Origin: Octopus vulgaris
Lineage: Eukaryota
Length of the DNA stretch: 64,000 nt
Assembly (NCBI GenBank): GCA_951406725.2
Contig: OX597824.1
Coordinates: 35,092,001-35,156,000, forward strand
Direction: 5' to 3'
The notes under the pieces are model-generated. The model was given only the letters and a program-made list of their open reading frames with translations. It did not search any database and was not told the DNA's origin. The position numbers were made by a program, and so were the translations under genes. Every line of letters starts with the position of its first letter. Position 1 is the first letter of the stretch. Of the stretch, positions 12,841 through 24,240 are shown piece by piece.

Positions 12841-15734
12841 CCCTCAGAACACCAGTGGCCATTATTCCAGCCACCAGCTGCAGATACAAATGCCACAGCA
12901 GCTGCTTTACCAGCTGCAATGCTTACAAACATATTGCTTAACAACTCTTCAGTCAATTAGTAATGTTGCATCTGATCATTGGCCTGCATGTGCACTATCA
13001 CAGGAAGTACTTCCCGATGATTGAAGCTGTTCCCACTTGTTTTTTGTGAAAATGAGTTGAAAAATCTGTCTGTGAGCGATGTCTTGAACCAAGTGTTGTT
13101 GCCTGATGAAGAGGACATCGACAATGATGATTATGAGAGTGAATCCGACAACGATTTAGACCCAGAAAGTGATAGCGATGATCTCGACGATTATGCTGCT
13201 GTACAAAATGTACAGCCACTGGCAAATGTGAATGGTACAGTGCCTGTCGATTGTCAGAATAGGGGACGTGTTGGTGTTGAGAATGGTGGGTGTGCACCAC
13301 ATGGCAGCCAGCGAGGTGGTAGGCCCAATGTTCCACCCAGAGTAAGAACCAATACTCTTCCAGGATGGTGGAGAGAGTGCCAATTTATGCCAAATAATCC
13401 ACCAGGATTCAGGAATATAACTGACAATATAAATGTAGACAGCACTCCAATTGATTATTTTAGTTTATTCTGGAATGATGACTTATGGAGTATTTTACTT
13501 GAGGAAACTAAGAATTATGCTGAACGTGTATTTCAGGCGAAGTTGAATCATTTCTCAGCAAAAATTTTGCATGAGAAAAAACTTACACTGAAAGAATTGA
13601 AAGCTTTTTTTGGTCTCCAGGTGACCATGGAAATGCTGGTGCACAAGGATCACTATGAACAATACTGGCAGTCAAAAGATGCCTTACTGACCCCAGGTTT
13701 TCCAGAGCACATGAGCCACAACAGATTTCATGCTATTTGGTTTTTATTGCACTTTGTGAACGAGGATGATAGGAATGATAAACTGTGCAAGATTCGTCCT
13801 ATATTCAATCACTTGCTTGATAAATTCAAACAACACTATGTGCCTGGCTGTGATTTATCACTAGATGAGGGAATGATTCCAACAAAGAACAAGCTTCGGC
13901 CCAGTGCGTCCATGCTGCCAACAAAGCGCGCGGAATTCTGTTTTTGATTCGACGGTCATTCGGAATGCTCACAGCAGCCATATTCCTGCCACTCTATGTC
14001 ACGCTGGTGAGACCCATATTGGAGTATGGGATTCAAGCCTCTTCTCCTTATCTCCTCAAAGACATACAGCACCACGAAAGAGTCCAGAGGCTGGCTACTC
14101 GCATGGTTCATGGTCTCAAAAATTTGTCCTACGAAGAAAGGCTGAGGACGCTCGACCTTTGTTCTCTTGAAAAACGCCGCCGTGGTGATCTCATTCTCGC
14201 CCACAACATCATAAGCGGGAAGTGTAACCTCTCGAAAGAGCTGTTCTTCACTCCTGCTCCGGAGCGTCGGCTGCGGGGTCATTCCGAAAAGCTCTACCTG
14301 TGACGATTTCATCTCAATCGAAAGAGAGGAGCTTTCTCCGTCCGGGTTGCGGATCCGTGGAACAAGCTGCCAGACGAGATGGTGAAGATGCCGACGACCG
14401 CTTTGTTCAAAGCCTCCCTGGACCTCAAGTGGCCTGAACTCTTTACATGAACACCACCCTGTACTTAACTCCTTGTCCCCCTACATGGCCTTGCTATTTG
14501 CTTTTGAGCCAAATTAACTAACTAACTAACTAAGCTTTCATTCAAGCTGTGTATAAAAGATAAGCCAATATGCTGGAGGATAAAATCTTTTTTATTATCT
14601 GATTCTGAAAACGGATATATCTGCAATGCAGAAATGTGTACCAGAAGAAGAGATGATGCAAATGAAATTGACAACCTCGGTGTCACAGGAAACTTAGTTG
14701 CGAGGATGACAAATGAATATGCTGGACAAAACTATGCACTCTATACTGACAGATTTTACATGTCTGTACAACTCGTGGAATATCATCATCTTGTCAACAA
14801 AGATATTCAAATGTGTTAGTTGAAAGATATTCAAAGAGAATTCCCAAGGACCCTCATAAAAAGAAATAATGAGAGGGAAAGGGGGGGATTCAGAATTTGT
14901 GGCTGTCTTTGTTTGGAAAGACAAAAGACTGATCTATTTCATTACATCACTCTTTATATCATCCTCCCAAGAACATATACAGCGACATGATGCAACTGAA
15001 CACAGAAGGGTCCCTCCCTGTCTCTTGTCCTAAGGTAGTGAAAGAATGTAATGCTCACATCGATGGAACAAACCATAAACGACCAAGTGACTCAACTTCA
15101 AAAGTATCGCCGTCATTACAAGTGGCCTAGATGCCTGATGGTAATGATTTTTATGTGGGCTGCCTACAAAGCATACATGTTGATGGGTTTCTTCAAACAG
15201 CATCACCCCACTGGAAAGAGAGTGTACACATTTCACTTGTTTTTAGATAAACTTGTTGACAATGTAAGAAAGAACACTGCCTTTGGCAGATGACGCTCAG
15301 ATGAGTATGATGAAAAGAGGTTGTTACGTGATGCACACCATGATGTGGGAAGGGTGGAAACAGCATCCAGTAACAATCATTGCAGGGTGTACAGGGAAAA
15401 TACCTGCAGGCAAAACAGATGAACCCCCAGGCTTAGGACAAAGACTTACCCAAACACTGTAAGACTGTTTACAGATGCAAATATTGTGAGGAGTACCTCT
15501 GCATTGGAAAACCAGTAACTGATGGTTTGACAGGCACCACAAATGCCAGTATTGGCAATAAAACAAAAGCAAAAAAAAATGGTAAGGACAATGTTGCTCT
15601 CTATTTGGCACTGAGACAGAAAACACATTTTAGTGACACTGAAACATTAGGTAGGAAATCATTTCTTTAGTTCTTTTAGTTAGGAAATCTGGGGTGAGGG
15701 TGCTGAGGACAACGGGTATCTGGGATTCAAAGGG
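12841..15734 (+). mobile_element. Full-length but inactivated piggyBac transposon
   Basis: TTAA TSD at 12837-12840 and 15735-15738; TIR CCCTCAGAACACCAG vs CCCTTTGAATCCCAG (11/15); transposase from ~13021 with LSLDEGMIP, KP..W.IK, YTDRFY; stops and frameshifts in the 3' half. Confidence 0.93.
13897..14531 (+). mobile_element. 5'-truncated CR1-clade LINE inserted in the piggyBac transposase
   Basis: LYVTLVRPILEYG...ERVQRLATRMV.GLKNLSYEERLRTLDL.SLEKRRRGDLI...LRGH...WNKLP; (AACT)n tail; AAGCTT TSD at 13891-13896 and 14532-14537. Confidence 0.93.
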
Positions 15735-17541
15735 TTAAGGCTATAATAGTAGATACTTGCCTGAAGTACTCAAGAGTAAAGTACACATTCTACAATGCTT
15801 GCGGACTAAGTGCGATTTTGTAAGGTAGTTAAACAAGTGCACTGAATGCAGAGTGAGTGTGAAACTAAGAAAGATGTGGGGTAAGCTTGATCAGGCTGGG
15901 AGTGATCATAAAAATTTACTCTCATCCAACAAAACAAAAATACAACCACTGCACAGCAGAAAATACCTCATCTCTTATTATCTGTTAATCCTCTGCAAAT
16001 TTAATGTCAGATCAACAATAGAGGATTGTGTGTATCTCTGAGATGGGAATGCAGTTACACACACACATGCTTAGACTGCATCCTGAAGTGTTAAAGATAT
16101 TTTCTCTCTTCAAAAGTACAACCTACAGTCTCCAAGCAAGCTATCTCATCTTTCTGCTCTCTGAACAAGCTAGATGCATACTTCAGCATTCACATAGACA
16201 CAACACACCCATCTCTCATCACCCCCACTGTGTCTCATCACTTAGGCCAAAGAACTAATCATTTCTTTCAGTCCCTAATGCCAACACTCTGAAACTTGCT
16301 CCCTACTTCTATATTTCCTACAGATATAACTTATAGATTTTCAAGCTAAAACTGTGTCAATTAAACTAGTCTAAGAGAACCTGCAAAGGCCATAGCCTGA
16401 ACAACCTGCTCCTGACTAAACTATAAATGACTCATACAATGATTTCATATGTAACCCATATAACAACAAAATAAAGAACATTGTGTGTTTTCATGCGAAT
16501 ATATAAGATATATGGAGCACATTGATAGGTATAAGCAAAAGCAAAATACCGTATCAATTGCCAAAATACTAAGGTGCATTTAACACTTCACAACCGATAT
16601 TGTAAGTAAAACAACCTAGTCATAAAATAGGTCAGCTCAGGTAGAAGAAACCTGAAACCCATCTCTCCGGGGAAAGGGGAGTTTATTACTTTTCAAAAAT
16701 ACAGTTGAAGGGAGACAACCCAGAAATTCGAACTGTGAGAACAGTACAGTAGTGGACTGAATAAAATTTGAAGAAAAAAAAGAGACAAAGAAAAAGAAGC
16801 TTTTCCTACGAATAAATTTTTAGAGTGATATTATAACAATTGCATTTTGATTTGATAAATTGCAAAGTTTGTTGAGTACACCAATTCTGAAAAAAAAAAA
16901 ATCTGGAGCATAAGAAAACAAAACTTAATAAAATGCTGAGAGTATTTTGTGACTAAACTGTCAATTGTAAGGCAGCTTCTACTGTTGTCATGGATTGCCA
17001 AGACACAACAGTACCTCTTCCAGACAGTCTTGTTTATGAACAGTTGTCTTATTTAAGTTTTGGTGCTGATCTTCAGTGGTTTTGAAGTGGAGATGAAATA
17101 ATTTTTGGTGTTACTTATTATTTAAGAACTGAGAGAATAGTTGATAAGGTAAATGGTAAACTTCAATTTGAAGCTTTGAATGCAGTTTCCCAACTTTGGA
17201 ATCTACTCATTTTTCTCTCAGAGCTTTCTTGTCAGTCTGTTCCATTGAAACAGGCCTTGATGAAGTATCCATATTCTAAGAACTCCCCAAACCTCATAGT
17301 TCAGACATGAACCCTACTCTGTTTTTGCTTCCAACTAACTGTAACAAAATATACACATAATACAGACCCTAGAATCCAAACAGATATTAAAGGCATATCA
17401 GACACTAAGAGTGGGGGGAGAGGGGAGTGAGGGAGGCAGCAAAGGAACATCCACATGATCAATCATGTGGCTAGAAATAGCAGTGAAACCTATCTTGAAT
17501 CACTTGCTTCAATCTTAAAATAGAAGGATGATACATTAAAG

Positions 17542-17620
17542 CAGTGGTTCTCAACTGGGGTCCACATGATTCTTGGGAGTCCATATAAGATTTAGTCGTT
17601 AAAAATTATGGGCAATAAGT
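17542..17620 (+). mobile_element. hAT-like terminal fragment
   Basis: CAGTGGTTCTCAAC terminus typical of hAT-Charlie elements; other end not found. Confidence 0.4.
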
Positions 17621-18018
17621 CAGTTATATACACAAAATACTATAATATTTCAACACTAGTTTGCAGTGTTGGAAAAAACTGCCTGAAGTGGAGTATAAAG
17701 AATGAAGAAAAGGAAACTATGAGTAAAAGATTTTTTTCAGTGGATAAAGCAGCGAAAAAGAGAGAACAAACCTAGTAACAACATTTATTCTTCATTAAAT
17801 TGTTGAATAGTACATGTGTTAACTCTTTAGCAGTCAGGTTACTTTGCCAAAAGTAATGCTTCACATTATCCAGGTTATTTTGAATATATCATGCACTGCC
17901 TCACAGCTTTGAGATTTTGATGACGTGACAGCTTATTTTTAAAATGACACTGTAGGGTAGGTGTGAGGCCAGAATTGGCCAGTTTAAATAAAATCAAGAA
18001 AATATAGAAAATACTTAC

Positions 18019-18083
18019 TGTGATAAATATCCTGCATAGACCCTCCACCACAGTATTCCATAGCAATCCATAATTTATCTCGC
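18019..18083 (-). CDS. MAP4K3/5: MAP4K3/5-like kinase exon ([21 protein letters not shown]), 65 bp
   Basis: Hinge/gatekeeper region; TTTCAG acceptor at 18085-18084, GTAAG donor at 18018. Confidence 0.95.
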
Positions 18084-20069
18084 CTGAAAGAAGGAGATTT
18101 CATTAATGTACAAATATAAAGTTAGGTTGATCACACTTCATAATAAATGTCTTAAATACTAAGACCAAATATTTTTAAACCAAAATATCAGCTGTTTAAA
18201 GATCATTCGGAAACAGATGGAGAGTCAGACAGAGGAACATTTAATCTCTTAATAAACTACAACCAATATATTTTTAGGGTCGATAATATAGTAAAACTGA
18301 TTGAAGGGACTTCCTTATAATAATGATTTCATTTTATGAAGCATTAGAATCAATTTGTAAGAGCAGGGGCCACATCATCAGGTGAATCAACATGTTACAT
18401 AGTACAACTCACTCTATCAGTCAGGGAAGAATGCAAAATCATACTGAATGCCAAAAGCAAAATTTGATTATACTTTTTATAGCAATATATTTAATCAAAT
18501 ATATTAGATATAAATGTAATAACAATACCTATTTAATATGACATATATCAGTTTTATTACAATATTTTCTTAGATGAAATATCTTAATCAAAAATAATTT
18601 AAAAGCAACATAATACTTCATTAAAAAATATATAAAAATCCATGTATACTCTAAAACATGCTTGTATATTTTATCATTTGTGTATATGTATGGAATTGTG
18701 TATGTGTGTGTGTATATGCATAGGGATGGGGAACTTACCCATGTATTTAAAGTATGGTAGCCAGCACTTAAATATATGTTCTTTAAGCAAAAGTACTTTT
18801 GGAAATTTTTTAAATGTCATCAATTTAATTTACCTAATAAGGGAATTATTTTCACATGCACATAAACTATATCTTGGTTGTTCTAAGCTTGTGCCACGTA
18901 AAAAAAAACACCTATGCTGGTGCCATACAGAAAGCACCTGAGCTGGTACCACATAAAAAGCAGCTATGTTGGTTCTGCGTAAAAAGCACCTGTGCTTGTT
19001 CCATGTACAAAGCACCTGTGCTGGTACCATGTATAAAGCACTGGTGTTGGGACCACATATGAAGCACCTCTGCTGGTATCATGTATAAAGTACAGGTGCT
19101 GACACCACATAAAAAGCACCCAGTACGCTTTGTAATGTGGTTGGCATTAGGAAGGGCATCCAGCCATAGAAACCATGCCAAAACAGACAACTGGAGCTTG
19201 GTGTACCTCTACAACTTGCCAGCTCCAGTCAAACTCTCCAATTGATGCCAGCATGGAAATTGGATGCTAAATGATGAGGATGAAGAGGTTAAATAAGACA
19301 GGAACACATCTGTACTTGACACAATAGTAATCAAATATCAGGCTCACAACACCACTGCATATCTCTGTTTAACCACTGGTTAATTGAAATTGCTAGAATT
19401 ATTGTTATCATCTGGAGTTTTAATTTTTTTGGAGCGGTGGTGGGGGAAATGGACAAGTGGAGATTTCATCATCATCATCATCGTTTAACGTCTGCTTCCC
19501 ATGCTGGTATGGGTTGGACAGTTTGACTGACAGGTGAGCCAGAGGCTGCACCAGGCTCAATCTGATCTGGCAGAGTTTCTACAACTGGATGCTCTTCCTA
19601 ACACCCATGCTCAAAGGTTTTTTATGTGTTAACTGCACAGGAGCCAGTCCGGTGGCACTGGCAACGACCACACTCAAATGTTGTTTTTCATGTGCCAGTA
19701 AGGCGACGCTGGCAATGATCACGCTCGAATGGTGCTTTTCACATGTCACCAGCACGGGAGCCAATCCATTCATAAACATAGCTTATATTTCACTAAAATT
19801 TCATTTCATTAAAATTATTTCCACTTTACCCAGTTTAAATATGGTAGCCTGCACTTAATATTCTTCATGGTTAAGGAACACTTAGTGAATTTTTCCTGTA
19901 TCAGTAGATACACACACGCACAATACAGATAGATGGCAGCATTGAGACAACATTGGTCAAAATATCATGTAGTATTTGGTTATCTCCCTTCAGAGATGGC
20001 TTCATAGAATGATGGTCATATCAGCGGGTGGTTAGATTGTGTATTAATGTAGAATGGGATGTTATTAGA

Positions 20070-20106
<37 letters not shown>

Positions 20107-20132
20107 ATATATATATATACACACACATACAC

Positions 20133-20487
20133 ACCATAAAAAGTTGGGAGGTATGAGAGGTGAATATATTTAACAATATGTTATCCTTAAGATTACGGCT
20201 GGTTCACTGCCTCCAACATGTGATAATAATTTCAGTGTATAATAAATTATTTTACATGTCTGTATTAATATGCATGCTTTGCATTGAAAATGCAATTCTA
20301 TATTTAGAAATCAGTGCAGATAAAGAAAGCTAACTCAACAGATCAACAGAACATCATGGTTACACTAATGCCTCTTATACATTGAAATTATTATTACATG
20401 ATGAAGGCTGCGAAACAGCTGTAATCCTAAGGATAACAAGTGGTTAAATAAGTACATTCACCTTTTATACCAGCTGATTTTTATGGT
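20133..20487. repeat. Fold-back element with ~110-bp imperfect inverted arms
   Basis: 20133-20242 is an imperfect reverse complement of 20375-20487; adjacent to (TG)n/(TA)n. Confidence 0.85.
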
Positions 20488-20861
20488 TTATATACTCTTT
20501 CTGAAATAGTTTCATCAATTGGATCTCTTGGATTTCAGCTGCAATATACTCCTCTGTATTGGATTATTTTGTGGTCTGCTAGCCAGGTCCACAAGAGGAA
20601 ATTACTGTAATAGCCAGATGATTCTATGAACTCATATATAGCACTACAGATTTATATATATAGATGTGTGTGTGTGTTGGTGATTTTTTCCCTCCGTCTT
20701 CCTTTTCTCTTGGATTTTCCTGTCTCCTGTTTCTGAAGGAAGTCTTTGGTCAAAACATAAAACTATCATTTTTTCCTTCCCTGAGTATCAGTTAATAGTT
20801 TGCATGTACCACATCCTCAAGTTGTTGTTTTTTTAATGTGTTTTTTCTGTGTTTTTTTATG

Positions 20862-20905
<44 letters not shown>

Positions 20906-20982
20906 TATATTTATATATATATATATGCATATATTTTTATATATATATACGTGTGTGTGTGTGTGTGTGTGTATATGTATCT

Positions 20983-22325
20983 GCTATGGACACATATGAG
21001 GTGCAGCAATATCAAAAGAAGGCTAACTAGGAAGATAGTTTTTGCATGTGGCAAATGCTCAGGGGCAATAAACACTGAAAATTGCAGAAAACAGCTTCCA
21101 TCACATGCCAGGTGGAAAAACTAGTAGTTGATAGCTAGTAGAAAAATGACCATCTTTAGTTTCAAGATGAAAGGTGTTCTTCCATCAGGATAATGCTTGG
21201 TCACATACAGCAAGGATAACATTCCAAAGGCTGGATCAGTTTGAATGGGAAACGATGCCCCATCCTCATTTGTAAGATATTGCCCCGTCTGAGTATCAAT
21301 TATTCCGCATTCTTCGAAAATCATTTGGATGGAAAAAATATAAATTCTATAGATGAGGTCACAACAGTTTCGGAGGAGCATTTTTCATCACAGACAAGTG
21401 TATTTGGGAAGAGGAGCCTTGCAAGTCTACCAGAAAGATAGAAGAGCATTGTAGAAAATGAAGGAGAGTATATTTTATTTTAAAAAAGAATTTCGTTTCT
21501 TATTTTTGAAAAATAAAAGAAGTATTAAAAAATTGCATTATTTATGGGATGACCCATTATATATAATCTTAGCGGTTGAGGGAAACTGTGGAAGAGGTAG
21601 ACCCAGGAAGACCTGGGATGAGGTGGTGAAGCATGACCTTTGAACATTAGGCCTCACCGAGGCAATGACTAGTGACCGAGACCTTTAGAAATATGCTATG
21701 CTTGAGAAGACCCAGCAAGCCAAATGAGACCATAACCTATGGCCTATGCCAGTCGTGTAACCAGCCCTCTTAAGCATACCTTTCTTTCACTGGACACTAA
21801 AATCTGCTTGCGAAGACCTATTGAGGCAAGTGAAATCGAAATCAATTCGATGACAGCACCGCATGACTGGCATCCATGCTAGTGGAGTGCTAAGAGCACC
21901 ATCTGAGCACAATGGTTGCTAGGGCTGCTGACCGGCCCCCGTGCCGGTGGCACATAAAAAGCACCATTCGAGCATGATCGTTGCCAGCGTCACCCTACTG
22001 GAAGTTGTGCCAGTAGTACGTGAGAAACAACATTTGAGCGAGGGCATTGCCAGTGCCACTGGACAGGCTCCTGTGCAGGTGACACGTAAAGACACCATTT
22101 GAGCATGGCCATTGCTGGTACTGCCTGACTGGCCCTCGTGCCAGTGACACGTAAAAGCACCCACTACACTCTCGGAGTAGTTGGTGTTAGGAAGAGCATC
22201 CAGCTGTAGAAACTCTGCCAGATCAAATTGGAGCCTGGTGCAGCCATCTGGCTCACCAGTCCCCAGTCAAACCGTCCAACCCATGCTAGCATGGAAAGCT
22301 GATGTTAAACAATGATGATGATGAT
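20983..22325 (+). mobile_element. Truncated RTE LINE (PHD-like part, 3' ORF end, 3' UTR array, GAT tail) interrupted by a mariner fragment
   Basis: LWTHMRCSNIKRRL...CGKC; VEGNCGRGRPRKTWDEVVKHDL; similar to the copies at 26.5 kb and 41 kb. Confidence 0.85.
21140..21562 (+). mobile_element. mariner-like transposase 3' fragment with right TIR
   Basis: LPSG/HQDNAWSH region; terminal AAAAATTGCATTATTTATGGGATGACCCATTATA. Confidence 0.7.
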
Positions 22326-23568
22326 ATATTTGTAAGTTTATAATGTTATATTTAGAAACAAACACACGTTTGCTGACATCCAAAGGTATCCATGTAGGTC
22401 GTCAGTGAACATATACTGAAATTACATACATCAGAGTGAACTTTGGTGTCAAATACTTTAAATGTTTAAAAACATAAACCTCAGCACATACATTGTGTGT
22501 GTGTGTATGAGAGTACACATGATAAAAACAAGGCATTAGGATAATATAACAGCAAGCCAACTAAATCAGGTTAAAGGTAGCTTGTGAGTTTTAAACTCTT
22601 GATGAAACTCTTTAAGAGCTTGTTACCCAGTGACAATGAAAACTTACCAGCTGCATGGTAAGAAACCTAACCATCAGCAATCAAGTTTCAATAAGCTGAG
22701 AGGCACTATCTTGCACTATTGCTGTGAAATGCATAACTCACAGTAAAGTAAGACAAGAAGATTGTGGTCACCCAAGCGCATCCTTAGTATAAACCCAGTG
22801 ATTGATGTCCTTGCCCTGCTGCTACAAGTTTAAGAAGCCATGACTCAGTCTTATTCGGAAAACAAATAGAGGGCACATTTCTCATCGTAGCTGTTGGGCT
22901 ATCACATACATTTGTGACAATGAAATACAACTTCCGTAGTTATATTTTTCTTTCACTCTTATGAGGGTCTGCTGAAAGTGAAGATAATAAAGCAAGGAAC
23001 AGACATGAAATTCTGGTTATTCCTGCAGCTGTGTTCTCAGATTCTTCTATTCTTTCTCTTACCTGTTTCAGTCATTAGATTGCAGCCATGCTGGGACACC
23101 ACCTTGAAGAATTTTTAGCCTAACAAATCAATCACAACACTTATTTTTTTAAAGCCTTGTACTTATTCTATCAGTCTCTTTTTGCTGAATTGCTAAGTTA
23201 CATTGACATAACAAACCAACATTAGCTGTCAACCAGTGATGGTAGACAAACTCAAACACAAATGGGCTTCTTTCAGTTTCCATCTAACAAATACACTCAC
23301 AAGGGTTTGGTCAACCTGAGGCTATAGTAGAAGACACTTGCCCAAGGTGTCACGCAGTGGAACTGAACCAGGAACCATGTGGTTGGGAAGCAAGCTTACC
23401 ACACAGCCATGCCTGCATGTCTTTTTTCAAAATATTTCCACTGCTGAGGGACAGTATTTGTAAACAATGACAATGTGTGTAAGGGGAAGAATATTTAAGA
23501 TGTGGTTTTATGTCTGAGTGTCTTTGAAAAATATGCTTTGATCTTTTCATTCTTTTTTTTTAATGAGT

Positions 23569-24008
23569 AAGCGTAGGAATGGCTGTGTGGTAAGTAGCTT
23601 GCTTACCAACCACATGGTTCTAGGTTCAGTCCTACTGCGTGGCACCTTGAGCAAGTGTCGTCTACTATAGCCTCTGGCCGACCAAAGCCTTGTGAGTGGA
23701 TTTGGTAGACGGAAACTGGAAGAAGCGTGTCGTATACATGTATGTATATATATATATATATATAGATATATATATATGAATGTATGCATGTGTGTATATA
23801 TATGTTTGTGTGTCTGTGTTTGTCCCCCCAACATCGCTTGACAACCGATGCTGGTGTATTTATGTCCCCGTAACTTAGCAATTCGGCAAAAGAGACCAAT
23901 AGAATAAGTACTAGGCTTACAAAGAATAAGTCCTGGGGTCGAATTGCTCGACTAAAGGTGGTGCTCCAGCATGGCCACAGTCAAATGACTGAAACAAGTA
24001 AAAGAGTA
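23569..24008 (+). mobile_element. tRNA-derived SINE family B, intact copy; other copies at ~2960-3190(-), 6283-6630(-), 23051-23416(-), 34005-34305(-), 34525-34890(-), 36890-37316(-), 37670-37870(+), 45783-46105(-), 47000-47345(+), 48425-48856(-), 50140-50560(+), 58755-59130(+)
   Basis: A-box-like TGGCTGTGTGG, B-box-like GGTTCAGTCC, central (TA/TG)n tract, tail TGACTGAAACAAGTAAAAGAG shared by many copies. Confidence 0.9.
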
Positions 24009-24149
24009 CATATAAAGGTGTGTATGTAGGTAATTTTTGCTTAATTTCTGATTTTGGTTTCAGTGTTATGCAGCAGCTCCTTTTACCATGATGTCACACA
24101 GGTGCAAGAAACAGTAAAAATCTAATTGACAGAAAGGAAAGTTACTCAC

Positions 24150-24240
24150 CTGAGATAACTACCAAAGTAGGCTACTATGTTAGCATGCTTACAGTCTTTC
24201 ATCATCACTATCTCTTGCTGAATAACAGCAAAATCATCTC
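24150..24240 (-). CDS. MAP4K3/5: MAP4K3/5-like kinase exon ([31 protein letters not shown]), 91 bp
   Basis: alphaC helix Glu and HxNIV motif; AG at 24242-24241, GTGAG donor at 24149. Confidence 0.95.

Noticed and set aside
13021-13947. 308-aa ORF as a domesticated PGBD gene or a piggyBac-CR1 fusion protein
   Set aside because: It lies inside a TIR/TTAA-bounded element, is cut just after the first catalytic Asp, and enters the CR1 out of frame for only ~16 codons
16960-17300. Nearly open plus-strand frame (CKAASTVVMDCQDTTVPLPDSLVYEQLSYLSF...)
   Set aside because: Internal stop, no motif I recognise and no splice support
18890-19120. Regularly spaced GCACC/GTGCTGG repeats that look like a CRISPR array (also at 21941-22165 and 42950-43170)
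   Set aside because: Units are degenerate, the spacers resemble each other, there are no cas genes, the context is a eukaryotic intron, and the arrays belong to the RTE 3' UTR
23569-23645. tRNA gene candidates with A/B-box-like motifs (also at 48861 and 39285)
   Set aside because: No cloverleaf visible; these are heads of multi-copy SINEs
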